Part shown: positions 17,601 to 28,400 of the stretch, in pieces | Position numbering within the stretch: the stretch's first letter is position 1 | How the letters are laid out: each line of letters starts with the position of its first letter | Origin: Mesotaenium endlicherianum | Lineage: Eukaryota | Length of the DNA stretch: 60,742 bases | Direction: 5' to 3' | NCBI GenBank assembly: GCA_009602735.1 | Contig: WELA01003361.1 | Location: 1 to 60,742 of the forward strand | Notes under the pieces: generated by a model | What the model was told of the DNA's origin: nothing | Database searches by the model: none | Seen by the model: only the letters and a program-made list of their open reading frames with translations | Translations under genes and position numbers: made by a program

Positions 17601-17959
17601 GGGTAAGGACTCCTGCACGGAGCAAGGGTAGGTTAGCAGGAATAACTTTAGTGAGAAAAGAAAATATTAACATGTATTCTCTGCTCTAAAGTAAGGACGT
17701 AGAGAGGGGTAGCACCTGCTTCAAAGAAGTCTCCTGATAGCTCTACTACTGCAGTTCGTCCACCAACACTATCGTGGGCTTCAAAGACATGAATATCATG
17801 CGCATTTCCGCTCAAATTTCGAATAAAATGGGCAGCAGAGCTACCTCCTACGCCACTGCCGATGATGCATATGCTTTCCGCAGAGGTGTGTACTGCGGAA
17901 AGGAGCAGAAGCGCTGAAAGGGACGAAAGAAACAGGTGCATGGAGCGCAAGTGCTCCAT
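11644..17959 (-). CDS. FCLY: Farnesylcysteine lyase / prenylcysteine oxidase (FAD-dependent), ~562 aa
   Basis: Exons 17959-17716, 17074-16833, 16127-15960, 15070-14480, 13478-13306, 11914-11644, all phase-consistent. Signal peptide, then the FAD motif IIGSGVGGSSAA..FE..VGGR..FEAGASIIH.N. Further motifs TRVQYNQ, LWAVKGGN, WAAYPHY, YYINTFESAASAMETAAVAAKNV. C-terminus RQDL is KDEL-like. Confidence 0.93.
12220..12962. other. Assembly gap (N run) in the last FCLY intron
   Basis: Run of N flanked by poly-C. The FCLY exons on either side join in phase without needing an exon here. Confidence 0.99.
13505..13725. repeat. Degenerate short tandem repeat (GACGAGCGGTGAGC / ACGGTGAGCAATGAA units) in FCLY intron
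   Basis: Recurring gacgagcggtgagc, aaacggtgagcaatgaa and aacggca motifs. Confidence 0.75.
14692..14880 (-). repeat. Coding microsatellite-derived poly(Ser-Gly)/(Ser-Ala/Thr) insertion within FCLY exon 4
   Basis: (GCTGCC)n and GCTGGC/GCTGGT arrays on + encode SASASTSTST...SGSGSGSSSG in frame on -. Confidence 0.85.
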
Positions 17960-19109
17960 ATCATCTACACTCTACCGCTACTTCGCTGTCAAGAAGTCAC
18001 ATGCGTTTGAGTTGGCTCGAAGTCTCGGCTATATCGCAATAGAAAGAAGAAAGCCCCCATGCACTGTAGTCACCCGTGTACAGGCTCTCTCGTCTGTATG
18101 TACTAGCTAAACAACGTCATGTTACTCTCAAATCACAAAAACGTCGAACCCAGCCTCTGAAGATTCTCCATATAATTAAGCTAGGCACTCGGTCCGCGAA
18201 GTTTTGGGACAGGGTGAGCCAAGCACATGCATGTATGTACGCGGCACTTACTTCCAAGTGAAACTTTGCATGCAGTTAAGCCAAAATTGAGAGGGGGAGC
18301 CAGATAGCTAGATGGAGAAAACTGCGAAACAATAATTTTGAAGTATTCCCTCTTCCCGAAACTTCTGTATGAATGGTGCCAGGACAGTTTTGAAACGAGC
18401 GTTAAAATCTGTGCTTCGCAGAGTTTTTCTACATGTGGTAGAAATACATACAACTCTCATCATTATTTTCTTAGAGAGTGATCCCCTCATTCATGTTACA
18501 ATGAGGGACTGCTGACAGCATTTGGGAGTCACATCGTAATCAAGGGCTGAAGTAATGTAAGTCTTCCAATCTGTGCAAGCTGACCCCGGAAGTCAAAACT
18601 TATTTTTGATGTTAGCAATCCTCATGATTTGCACCAATTTGCATTCAGGAACATTTATATTAGAATTTAAGAACATGTCAAATCACCTGCCAACAATGGC
18701 CTTGTAAATGTTCTGAGAGTTGTAACAATATAAATTTGTTAAAAAATGGCTGTTGCTTATCTACATCTCAGCAACTCATGTGCACATCAAAACATTGCTA
18801 TAGAGTGCCCTCAGGACATCTCAAAGCGGGTCTGTGAGGTGCAAAAGCTGCACACAGCACATGATATGCACCTGACAAACTCCTCACAGAGATTTCAGAT
18901 ATACACATACCAAATCGTTGGGCACATTTTGAGGAAAAGGCATTCAGCTTCAGAATTGACATATGTACGTGAACCATGTGGTACACAGCTTTCTATAATA
19001 AAATAACACGCTCTTTGCCTACACTATCAGAAACAAAGCATTCTAGAATCTACAGTGACCTAGCTGACAAAACCTAGACTTGAATCGTATCGTCCCATAT
19101 GTACATAGC

Positions 19110-21493
19110 TCAGAGCATGTGCATCCTGCGCAAGGAAAGAGATGAGAACTTCTTTCAGGACAGACTCAATTCAACCTCACACAACAAAAATAACCGGAGG
19201 GAACAGCAAAAGCATGTTTGGAAAGTTGCCAGGACAGACTTAATCCAGACTCTGCATCACACATACTACAAACGGACAGAACAGAAGGAAGTAGGGCTTG
19301 TGATGGAAGAAACGACAAAGCCTCATACCAGCAAAGCCACAACTCTGACGTTTCCTCAAAGCGCAAGATGAAGACCAAGAGGCAATGATGGACAGCAGAC
19401 AGTACTCAACAGCAAGACACACATGGTGAACTCACACCTGAGGGTAGCTCGATTAGCTTTGCGCACTTTACACGTGATTGTAGAGAGCCCCAATCTCTGG
19501 TGAGCTTCGAATCTATGGCAACCGGAGAAGCCTGCGCATTAGACAGGGGGAACAAAGGTCAAAGAGAGTAGACATTCTAAACACAGGGACACTTCAAACA
19601 CACAAACCCCAGGCAGGCACGGGGACTTATTGTTACAATCACCTATACATACTGTGGTCTAAGCAATATATGCAGAGCCAGCTCTGTTATAGTATGTCAG
19701 AGATGGAAGAATGGGGGGGGGAGGGCATCATCCTAAGATCTAGAAAGCAAGTCCTGGGAAGGGAAGGGATTTCTGATATCAGTGGAAGGACTTCCAAGGA
19801 ATCTGACATAAAACAAACAGACTATATCAACTTAAGCATGACCATGCTGACACCGACGTCTAGCAGAATGGCCAGAGCATGCGAGGAATAGCTACTTCTC
19901 GGGGCAGCAGTCAACTATGTAATCTAACCAGAAGATGTGGATAAGTAACTTACCATAGTACTGCCCATCCACCTCCAAGACATCTATCTGTGGCCAGCAC
20001 ACATGACCCAAAAAAAAGTAAAAAATCAGCCATACTGAGCACCCTCAAGCTTTTGTCTTCCACATGTTAACACGTTACTATCCACCTACAATAGGAACCA
20101 CACTCTTAAATAACACACAGCAGCTGAGCATAGGTCTGAGCCCCACAGAGACAGCAATCTTAAGGGGACATTTCCAGCAAGAGCAAGTACGCTTTCCAAA
20201 CTGGAACACACACCAACAAAAGCACGAAAAACTCTTGGAGATCAAGATATTTTCAAACCCCCTCCCTGCAAAAGACTTACTAAATGTTGACAGAAGCAAA
20301 ACAAAGAGTGGTGGGATAAGCCGGGAAGCTCACAGGCACTTGCAGACCAATCTCAGAAATGCTCTTCATAAGCTCTTTAACTTTGTGAGAGTCATTGCTG
20401 CGGGTGCGTCCCAGTGGCCTAATGATGTACTCTAAAGGCAGATCCACTATTGCCGCCCCTTTCCTGGACGCCCTCGGCTCTGCGGCCCCCCCCGAGTACC
20501 GTCGTCGTCAAAGGACGAGATGCCGAAAAACAGCAGGATCCACATAAGCGAAGCCAGCATGATGCGCACACGCGTGTTGAATCTCGTCACAGGTTGCAAC
20601 CATGGTGCTACAGGGACACACAGACAAACACGAGGAAGTAGTGAGCACTAAACACTAAGCAATCTAAGACCAAGAGAATTTGGAAGGGGCACTCACAGAC
20701 TGTATAGATATTGAGCACTAGACCAAAAGCTCCAACACCACGCACCCTTGGTTAAATTTTTAATCAAACAAAGGTGTACAAGCTGTGTTGAAGCGACCGA
20801 ATACGGCAGAAAGTAGAATAGCCTTCTCCATTTTACAAACCCCCAAATCTAAGCACGACATCTAAATCCACACGGATGGGATCAAGAGAGCCCAGACCTC
20901 ATCAGCATAAACCTCCAACCTAGCTTCTTACATCTATTGCCACTTTTTACAATCTCAAACACTCCTCCATAGTGGTATTGCGATACTACATATGTGCTTA
21001 CCATGTTTTCAAAATGTGATCAAATTAACTATTGTGTAGAATGCGCATCACATTCAATGCAACAGATGAACATAAATCAAAGCCGGCACTCGAAAAGCAT
21101 CCGGACTCCCTGAAGAGCCCTTCTGCTACTAAAGGCACATAAGGAATTTGTACCTTCTGACCATCTTTTAGGGCGATCATCATCCTCTTCACCACTGCCC
21201 TTTTCCCCTTCAACAGCCTGACTTATGATCCTCTTCCTGGAATGTACCCGACTGGACATATGAGACGGTGTCCCAGGAAAGGAAATTAAATCACCAGCAT
21301 TCAACTTAACGGATGTACATTTTCTATCTCCTCTTGCAAATCCGGAAGTCAAGGAAATCACTCGCAAGTGCTGTACACTGCTTATAGTCACTCTTGTGTC
21401 CTGACACGCACCCTTTGAGTCTAAAGACCTCGTATTTCCTAATTGCACACAACCCGCCAGCAGAGCGGACGCAGATCTTACACATAGAGCCAT
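19110..21493 (-). CDS. SRX: Sulfiredoxin, plastid-targeted (~209 aa if the 20479 acceptor is used)
   Basis: Exons 21493-21154 (transit-peptide-like), 20479-20334, 19987-19954, 19531-19438, 19125-19110. The core reads IVDLPLEYIIRPLGRTRSNDSHKVKELMKSISEIGLQVP-IDVLEVDGQYYGFSGCHRFEAHQRLGLSTITCKVRKANRATLRMHML, containing the catalytic FSGCHR motif. How exon 1 connects to the core is inferred (see findings). Confidence 0.9.
20447..21493 (-). CDS. Alternative product of the SRX locus: ~166-aa plastid-targeted protein with one C-terminal hydrophobic helix
   Basis: Exon 21493-21154 (phase 1) spliced to a strong pyrimidine-rich acceptor (tgtttgtctgtgtgtccctgtag|) at 20607 reads APWLQPVTRFNTRVRIMLASLMWILLFFGISSFDDDGTRGGPQSRGRPGKGRQ*. 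The stop is at 20449-20447, overlapping the Srx exon in another frame. Confidence 0.55.
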
Positions 21494-22477
21494 ATTTGTA
21501 TCACTATCGGCTACCTCAACCAACACCTTAAAAAGACGTCACAAGAAAGAAATTGTAACACTTGATTTCCAAATATGCTCACTTTTCTCATATACAGAAC
21601 CAACTCGTATTACGAAGAATATATCGACAAATTTATAGTAGAAGCTTATATTAAACAGAGCCTGCTTCGAATCAAATCGGGGTAATATCGTCCTCCTCCT
21701 GGCAATTTGCCACTCCAAAGATAGAGCTACTGTATGTGAAGGCAAGACCATGAACTAAGTCCGATCAGTCTAGCCCTATCAATACCGAGGTGAGAACTGG
21801 AGAGCAATCCAAATGATGTCTAAATGGGACTTACCAGGACTTGAACAAACCCGAACGACCCAGAACGACCTATTCAAACCGAGGCGAGCACATCGGACCA
21901 CATCGAACCACATGGCAGAAGGTGGCGTCTGCTGGGACGTCTGCTACCTACGAGAAACAGGTAAAGGCGCCAAGTCAGCCAGCAAGTCAGCTCGTAATCG
22001 TCGTGCTTCAACAAGACCACGCTTTGGTCTTACGAAACACACGATTAACATCTATCGTCGGTGTGCTACTCTCTAGCGGCTGGAACTTAAGGGCACGCTC
22101 CCGAAATAAGGAGGAGCTTTATTGTTTGCTGAAATTTCAGGTACATGATGCTTAATGATGATGGTAGCCTTGTGCATCGACCTCTGAGCTAGAACCACTT
22201 TTTTTGGCGTTTGCGTCGTTAAAACGAAAGGACTTCACTGTATGCAGCTCAGACGGGAAATTTCACTGACAAGAGCTGGCCACTTTGACATCTATTGTAG
22301 GACATAGCAATTAAATGACTTTTGGTTTCTTGTTCGTAACTTTCGCTCTTATCAGCCACCCCTCAAATTCGATCCGCGCTGCAGCCAGCAAGTTGCATTT
22401 ATTCGATCGTAATGTAAGTTGGGTGACAAATGCACGTATGAGGAGACGTTATAAGAGACCAAAACACTGAAGTCAAC

Positions 22478-25400
22478 ATGGCATCTTCTTTCTGCAGAGT
22501 CGTAATTGCTCTTGCAGTGATACTTAGTGTAACACAGGTGGTAATTTCGCAAGGTACACTCATCCAGATGCCTCATGAGATGAATTTGTCTCCTTCGCTT
22601 GCTAATGCGTACTTCGGATTTAAGTGTACATTAGTTTTGTTACTCCTTGCTTCCCTTCTGTACATATTCTCATTACGTCTTGCTTCCTCCTGTGAACATA
22701 CATTTGGGTCTCCTTGTTTATTCTTGTTCTGGCTTCATATCGTGTACCCATGTGTGCTTGTTGTGAGCAGGGGTGAAGATAAGTACCTCGTTACAAGCTG
22801 GTGCTTTTGAGCTGCAGCTGACTTCACCTATCCCTGCTGAAGTAAAGAACGAGAATGTGAAAGTGAGTAACACATATCCTGAAGTTGCCTGTGCGCTCTG
22901 AACAAATGTCTCTTCCCAGCTTGTCAGTTGTGAAAGGAAACATTTGGGTCCATCTAGCACGTATCAATAGAATCCAAACCTCCGTCTTCGTATTTGCTGG
23001 GTGTCAAGATCATTGACAGTGGCCTCTGGCTATGATGTTACCTACTGCTGTACTGCTCAAAAACATGGAAATGGGAGGTCCTGGTCGTGTGTTTCTGGGC
23101 ATTGCCGGATGTAGAGGGAAGACCTACTTGTCTAGCAAGAGGGGGACTGCTCTGGGAAGGCCTGCCCTGCTTGATGAGGTGTCTACTCTTTTGGGAGTTT
23201 AATGGCCCTGTCAAGCTGCATATGTTCTTCTGGCCTATATTCTTCTGGCCTGCTTGGACAGCACAGCACTGTAGCAATTCTAGTGCTGACAGTTTTTCTG
23301 CAACTGTCTGAGTATTGAAGATTGAAGTAAACTTATCACTGGAAGGAGTGAGTTTTGTCTTGTCTGGATGTAAGATGAACACGGAGTATTTAGACAAAAC
23401 ACGAAAAGAGAAGAAGAAATGGGAATAAGTAGCCTCTCTCCCTACTAGCGGTATGAATGGAAGGGATTGCATTGCAAGCAGGACTTACATTCAGCCTCGT
23501 AGAAACCCTTGGATGTAGTCTGCAAGTCTTGCAGTTGCTTGTCAGCGTATGTGTAGTCCCATAATGACGGACAGGAAGTTTCTTTGAGATTGAAGGAGTT
23601 GGACAAAGGGATGGAAGAGAAGGGTGTCAGATCGCATTAGAGGAGCTTGTATGTATGTCTGTGTAGGTGTTTGTGTGTGTGAGCGTGCCTGCATGCGCTT
23701 GCTGTGCTCATCGATTGTATGTCAGGGCTACCCTTCTGTTGTCTCCATTGGGTGAAAACAATCTACCTTCTTCTTCAACATAAGCTTCACGTTAGTGTGC
23801 TGAAGCTGACCCACGTGAGCTTTTCAGTATGAGTACACTACAAGTTTTGACTTGCTTGCATCCTCTGCAGTGTGGACATTTATTTATTGGTGATGGGCTC
23901 ATGTAGCAAACCCTGTACTACTTTATCCTGAGCCCATGCTCCCCATCATCCAACTGCAGGAGATGCTGCAAGGGGCTGCCTATCGGCAAGAAGGGTGCGG
24001 TAATGAGCTTGTGGGCAGGAAGGCCGTCAGGATAGGAGTCGCTGCAGGGCCCCAAACCACTGCCTCATCATCAGTAAGCCCAAGCCCTGGCCCTGGCCCA
24101 AGCCCTAGCCCAAGCCCTAGCCCTAGCCCTGGCCCTAGCCTTGGCCCAAGTTGCTCCCTCTGGTGCACGTACTGCTGCATGTTACCAAGATAAATTGCAC
24201 ACTGTAGCTCATGAAATTTCTTAGCGTATGTGCCAACTTCCAGCAAGGGGAGTTTGACCGGGCTTCCAGCTGCAACAATTCTTGTTCTGTTATTTTCGAT
24301 CCGTCTCTCAAGACTCAGAACTGGCAAGCTGCCTCAGACTCGTGCTCTCTTCTGCCCTGCTGACAGGGCCCCCTCTCCCTTCTTTCCTGTTCTACAGGGG
24401 AAGAATGGCATGGACATTCTGAGAGATGTTTCTCGGGAGGCGCCAGTTGCTCACACGCCAGCGGCCCGCTCACGAATCCCGACAGCTCCTGAGCAGCGGC
24501 GCAGAAGGTATCAGCTCACGAGAGTGATGTCATGTCCTCGTGTCTTTAAAGTCCATGCCACGGCCCGTGCAAGGCCGCCCTTGCATGGCGTGTGTCTGGC
24601 GTGGCTACCACAAAGCTTGTGTGTGAGTTGTGTTCACTTGTGGTAATTGAATTTGTATGCAAGATGCATATTCGTTACTCCTCCTATTGCTCGCTGGGCC
24701 CCCGCAGGGGGGTGGGGGGGGTGGGGGGGGAAGGGGAGGTCAGATTTGCTGTATGAGTTGCCACAGCTCATTACGAGGGAAAAGAATTAGTTGCATGCAC
24801 AAACTGGGTTGCGTGTCGCCCGATGGGTGGCATCTGGTGCACAAGATCACAACTTTTTGTCCATCGCTGACTGATTTCAATGGCATAGGCCTTCTACAGT
24901 TAGGCGCCAGTAGCGGCACATGCGCGCTATTTCTCACGCGCGCTCCCTCCTAGTGTGCAGAAGAATTTCTTTAGGCCCTAGTGGTGCCAATCTCCTCCCC
25001 CCCTCGGGGCAATCTCACAACCAGCCCTCTTGCCTTTTTGCAGTTGTAAGCACTTCGACCGTCGACGCTCAAGAAGGCCATCGCCGCCGCAGCCGCCAAT
25101 GACGTCATCGTCGTCCGCGCCTCGTTCAACGTGTCGGCGACAATCAAGATCAAGAAGAGCCTGAGGTTCCAGGCCTCCAGCGCCGGCGTCACCATTGGCT
25201 TCACCGGTACTTCTTCTCTGCTCACGACGTACGGAGTCAGAGTGTTTGGCACCTCCAAGCTGAAGGTCTCATTTCGAGGCCTCACCTTCGACGGCTTCGG
25301 CATCGACCCCACTCTTGTGCGTACTCTGACCCCCTCACTGCTCGTTGTGTTGACTCAAGCTTGACATAGCAAGCAGTGTGTACAGAAGGGATAGATGCCG

Positions 25401-28400
25401 TGTAGATGGCATTAAGCTTCCAATTGAAGATCGTTGCTTGGCTTCTAGATGCATGCGCAGCAACAGGGTGTGTATGTCTGTGCGCGTGCAATGTGTGTCG
25501 ACATGTTTGTGTGTGTCGTGTGTGTGTGTGTGTGTGCATGTCATGAGCATGTCACGCGCATTTATATGGAGGGGGCAGGGGGGGAGATGCTTGCAAACGT
25601 CCTTGTGCCCGTGCGTGTGTGACTGGGAGTGTGGGTGTGGATGTGACTATGTGCTGGTGTGTGCATGCTTGTGTGGGTGGCTGGGTCTTGGTGTTTGTGT
25701 GCCTGAATGTCCAGGACATGCTAGTGTGCGTGTGCCGGTGTGGGTGTGCTTGTAGGTGCATGTGACTGCTTGAAAGGGGGGGGGGGGGCGGGGGGGATGC
25801 GTATGCATCTAAGGGGTGCCCGTGCGCGTCTATGTGCCCTGGTGTGCCCGTGTGCATCTGTGTGCATGTGTGCCCTGGTGCTTGTGTGTGTGCGTGTTAC
25901 GGCCACGTTGCATGTTCTCTGTCAGCGTCATGTTTACTGATGTATGTCTGATTCTTGAGGGCTCTATGTCACGAATCGGGGTTGTTGCAGCCCGGCATCT
26001 ACGTTGTCGGGAAGGGCAAGCCCAAAGCCGGGAAGGGGCCGCAGGTGTTGTGCACAGGCGTCACCATGAAGAGGTTTCGCCTCATCCGACGCGGCACACG
26101 GGTGGGTCACCGTACGTCTTGCCTCTGATGTGCTGTGCGGGAGACTGGGTCTTGATCTCACTTGCTCTTCTTTTGGGGCTCGCTTCCATGCAAGGCAGAA
26201 AGCAAGCATGGGATGTCTCTATGTGGTATCGAGTGTTTGCCAGTGTCTTTTGTGCGATGAAGCGCGAACGGACTCGAGTGCCTGCGGACTGAAAACGTGC
26301 CTTGTGAGGGACTGACATAAGTGTGACACAAGTTCTGGTAGGTTGTTATATGTATCATCGATCTCAAGTTAGTTGGCTTCAATCATGCACTCGACTGTCG
26401 CAAGTGATGGTATCCAGCAAGCGTCGCTTCTCCGACGGTGATGAGTGGCTGTGGGCTAGACTGGAGTACCACCTTGCGAGCAGACCTAACATGCCCTGTG
26501 CCGGAGTGCCGTGCTGGCCAGGTGGACATCGCCGCGCGAGGGGCGGCGCTGAGCGCCAACGTGGCGTCGCGCGTCAGCATCCTCGCCAGCACCATCCGCG
26601 ACAACTTCGCCATACGTGCTGCTGTCGCTTTGCCTTTTTCAACTGGTTGGCGCTGTTGAGGACAGTCATGCATTTGAATTAGGGTCTTGCCTCTTGTGGG
26701 ATCGTGGTGAGGCGGAGCGGTGTCTGCCAACAGTGTGCACCCTTGAGCGGCTGTTGTCCTTCTGCCTCTGGTGCGCATGCTGCGGGGGGCGCGCTTCAGT
26801 CCACAGGACGCTCGGAGATGTACCTGTGCCAAGTCGCCTTTGCCGGCCATGGAGCGGATCCTGCCGCAAGCCTGGCCGGGGTGCACGTACGCTGGCACAC
26901 GCTGTGCACGCACCACCCCGTTGTCGAGTTTCGTCTGTCGTGCGCGCTTGAGGAAGCATCTTGGGGCCGTCGGCCTGGGCCGCTGAGAGCTGGCTTTGCT
27001 CGCTGCAGCCCCCGTGTCCAGGATACTCTGCCTGCTGCCGCTGCTGGACATGCTGTGTTCACTTGCCAAATGAGGACAAAGGAGGACAAAAGTTGGCTGT
27101 AGGAAAGTTGAATAAGGATTGACTCCTTCGACTAACCCAGGTGCCCGCTTTCCCTTCCTGCCCCCTATTGCAGGCTTCCCCTGCGGAGGACGTGTGGGTG
27201 GGCAATCTGTCGCGCCTTGTCATTCTGAGCCGAAGCTCGCCAGCTGCCGTCAACGGCAACCTCACCTCCTCCATTGTGGACGACCCCACTCAGCTACAGT
27301 CCTGCCCCAGTGTGGCCCCCAATTCCTCTCCCCCTCCCCCTCCCCCTCCCCCTCNTCACCTCCACCTTCTTTGGTATTCCCATCTGTTCCCCTGGTATTT
27401 CATCCTCTTTCAGCGCTGCCACCCCAAGAGCTTGCTCGCCAACGTCCCCTGGCAGCCACCCTCCCTCTGACCCGCCACCGCGAGAGCTTGCGCCACCAAC
27501 TTCATCCAGTAGTCTCCCCTCCCTTGGTCACCCGCCCTCTGCTCCCTCAACACAGAGGGGGCCTGTGCCACCAACTGTCTTTGGGAGTCAGCCTCCTTCT
27601 GCGTTGCCGACGCAAGGTGCCCAGGCATTGCCACCACCAACTGCTCCTGCGAGTCAGCTTCCTTCTGCGACGCCGCCCCCGGCTGCCCCCGGGAGTCAGC
27701 CTCCTTCTGCTCGGTCACCACTGGCTGCCCAGGCGATGCCGCCACCCGCTTCCCGTGGGAGTCAGCCTGCCTCTGCGCTGCCGCCGCCTGCTGCCCCTGG
27801 AGCCAGCCTCCTTCTTCGCCGCCGCCGCCGGCTGCCAAGGCGTTGCCGCCACCGGCTGCCTCCGGGGGTCAGCCTCTTTTTGCGCCGCTGCCACCGTTTG
27901 GCCCCGGGAGTCAGCCTCCTTCGGCATCGTCGCTGCCGGCCACCCAGGCGTCGCCACCGCCCGCTGCCAGGATTTAGCCTCCTTTGGCGTCACCGCCGCC
28001 AGCCACCCAGGTGTCGCCGCCGCCGTCTGCCCCTGGGAGTCAGCCTCTTTCGGCGTCACCGCTGTCGGCTGCCCCTGGGAGTCAGCCTCTTTCGGCGTCA
28101 CCGCCGCCGGCTGCCCCCGGGAGTCAGCCTCCTTTGGCGTCACCACCGCCAGCCCCCCAGGTGTCGCTCCGCCAGCTACCCTTGGGAGTCAGCCTCCTGT
28201 GGCGTCATCGCCACCGGCCACCCAGGTATCGCCGCCGCCGGCTGCCCCCGGGAGTCAGCCTCCTGTGGCGTCACCGCCGCCGGCCACCCAGGTGTCGCCG
28301 CCGCCGGCTGCCCCCGGGAGTCAGCCTCCTTCCGGGGCGCCCTCTCCTCCCCCTGGTACACCCCCTTAACTTCATCCTGCGTGCTGTTCGGGGCTCACTT

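Noticed and set aside
23936..24510. Possible extra exons of the secreted protein (SPSPGPGPSPSP repeat; GKNGMDILRD..)
   Set aside because: Splice sites are plausible, but I could not chain the phases unambiguously to the 25.05-kb exon; left unassigned.
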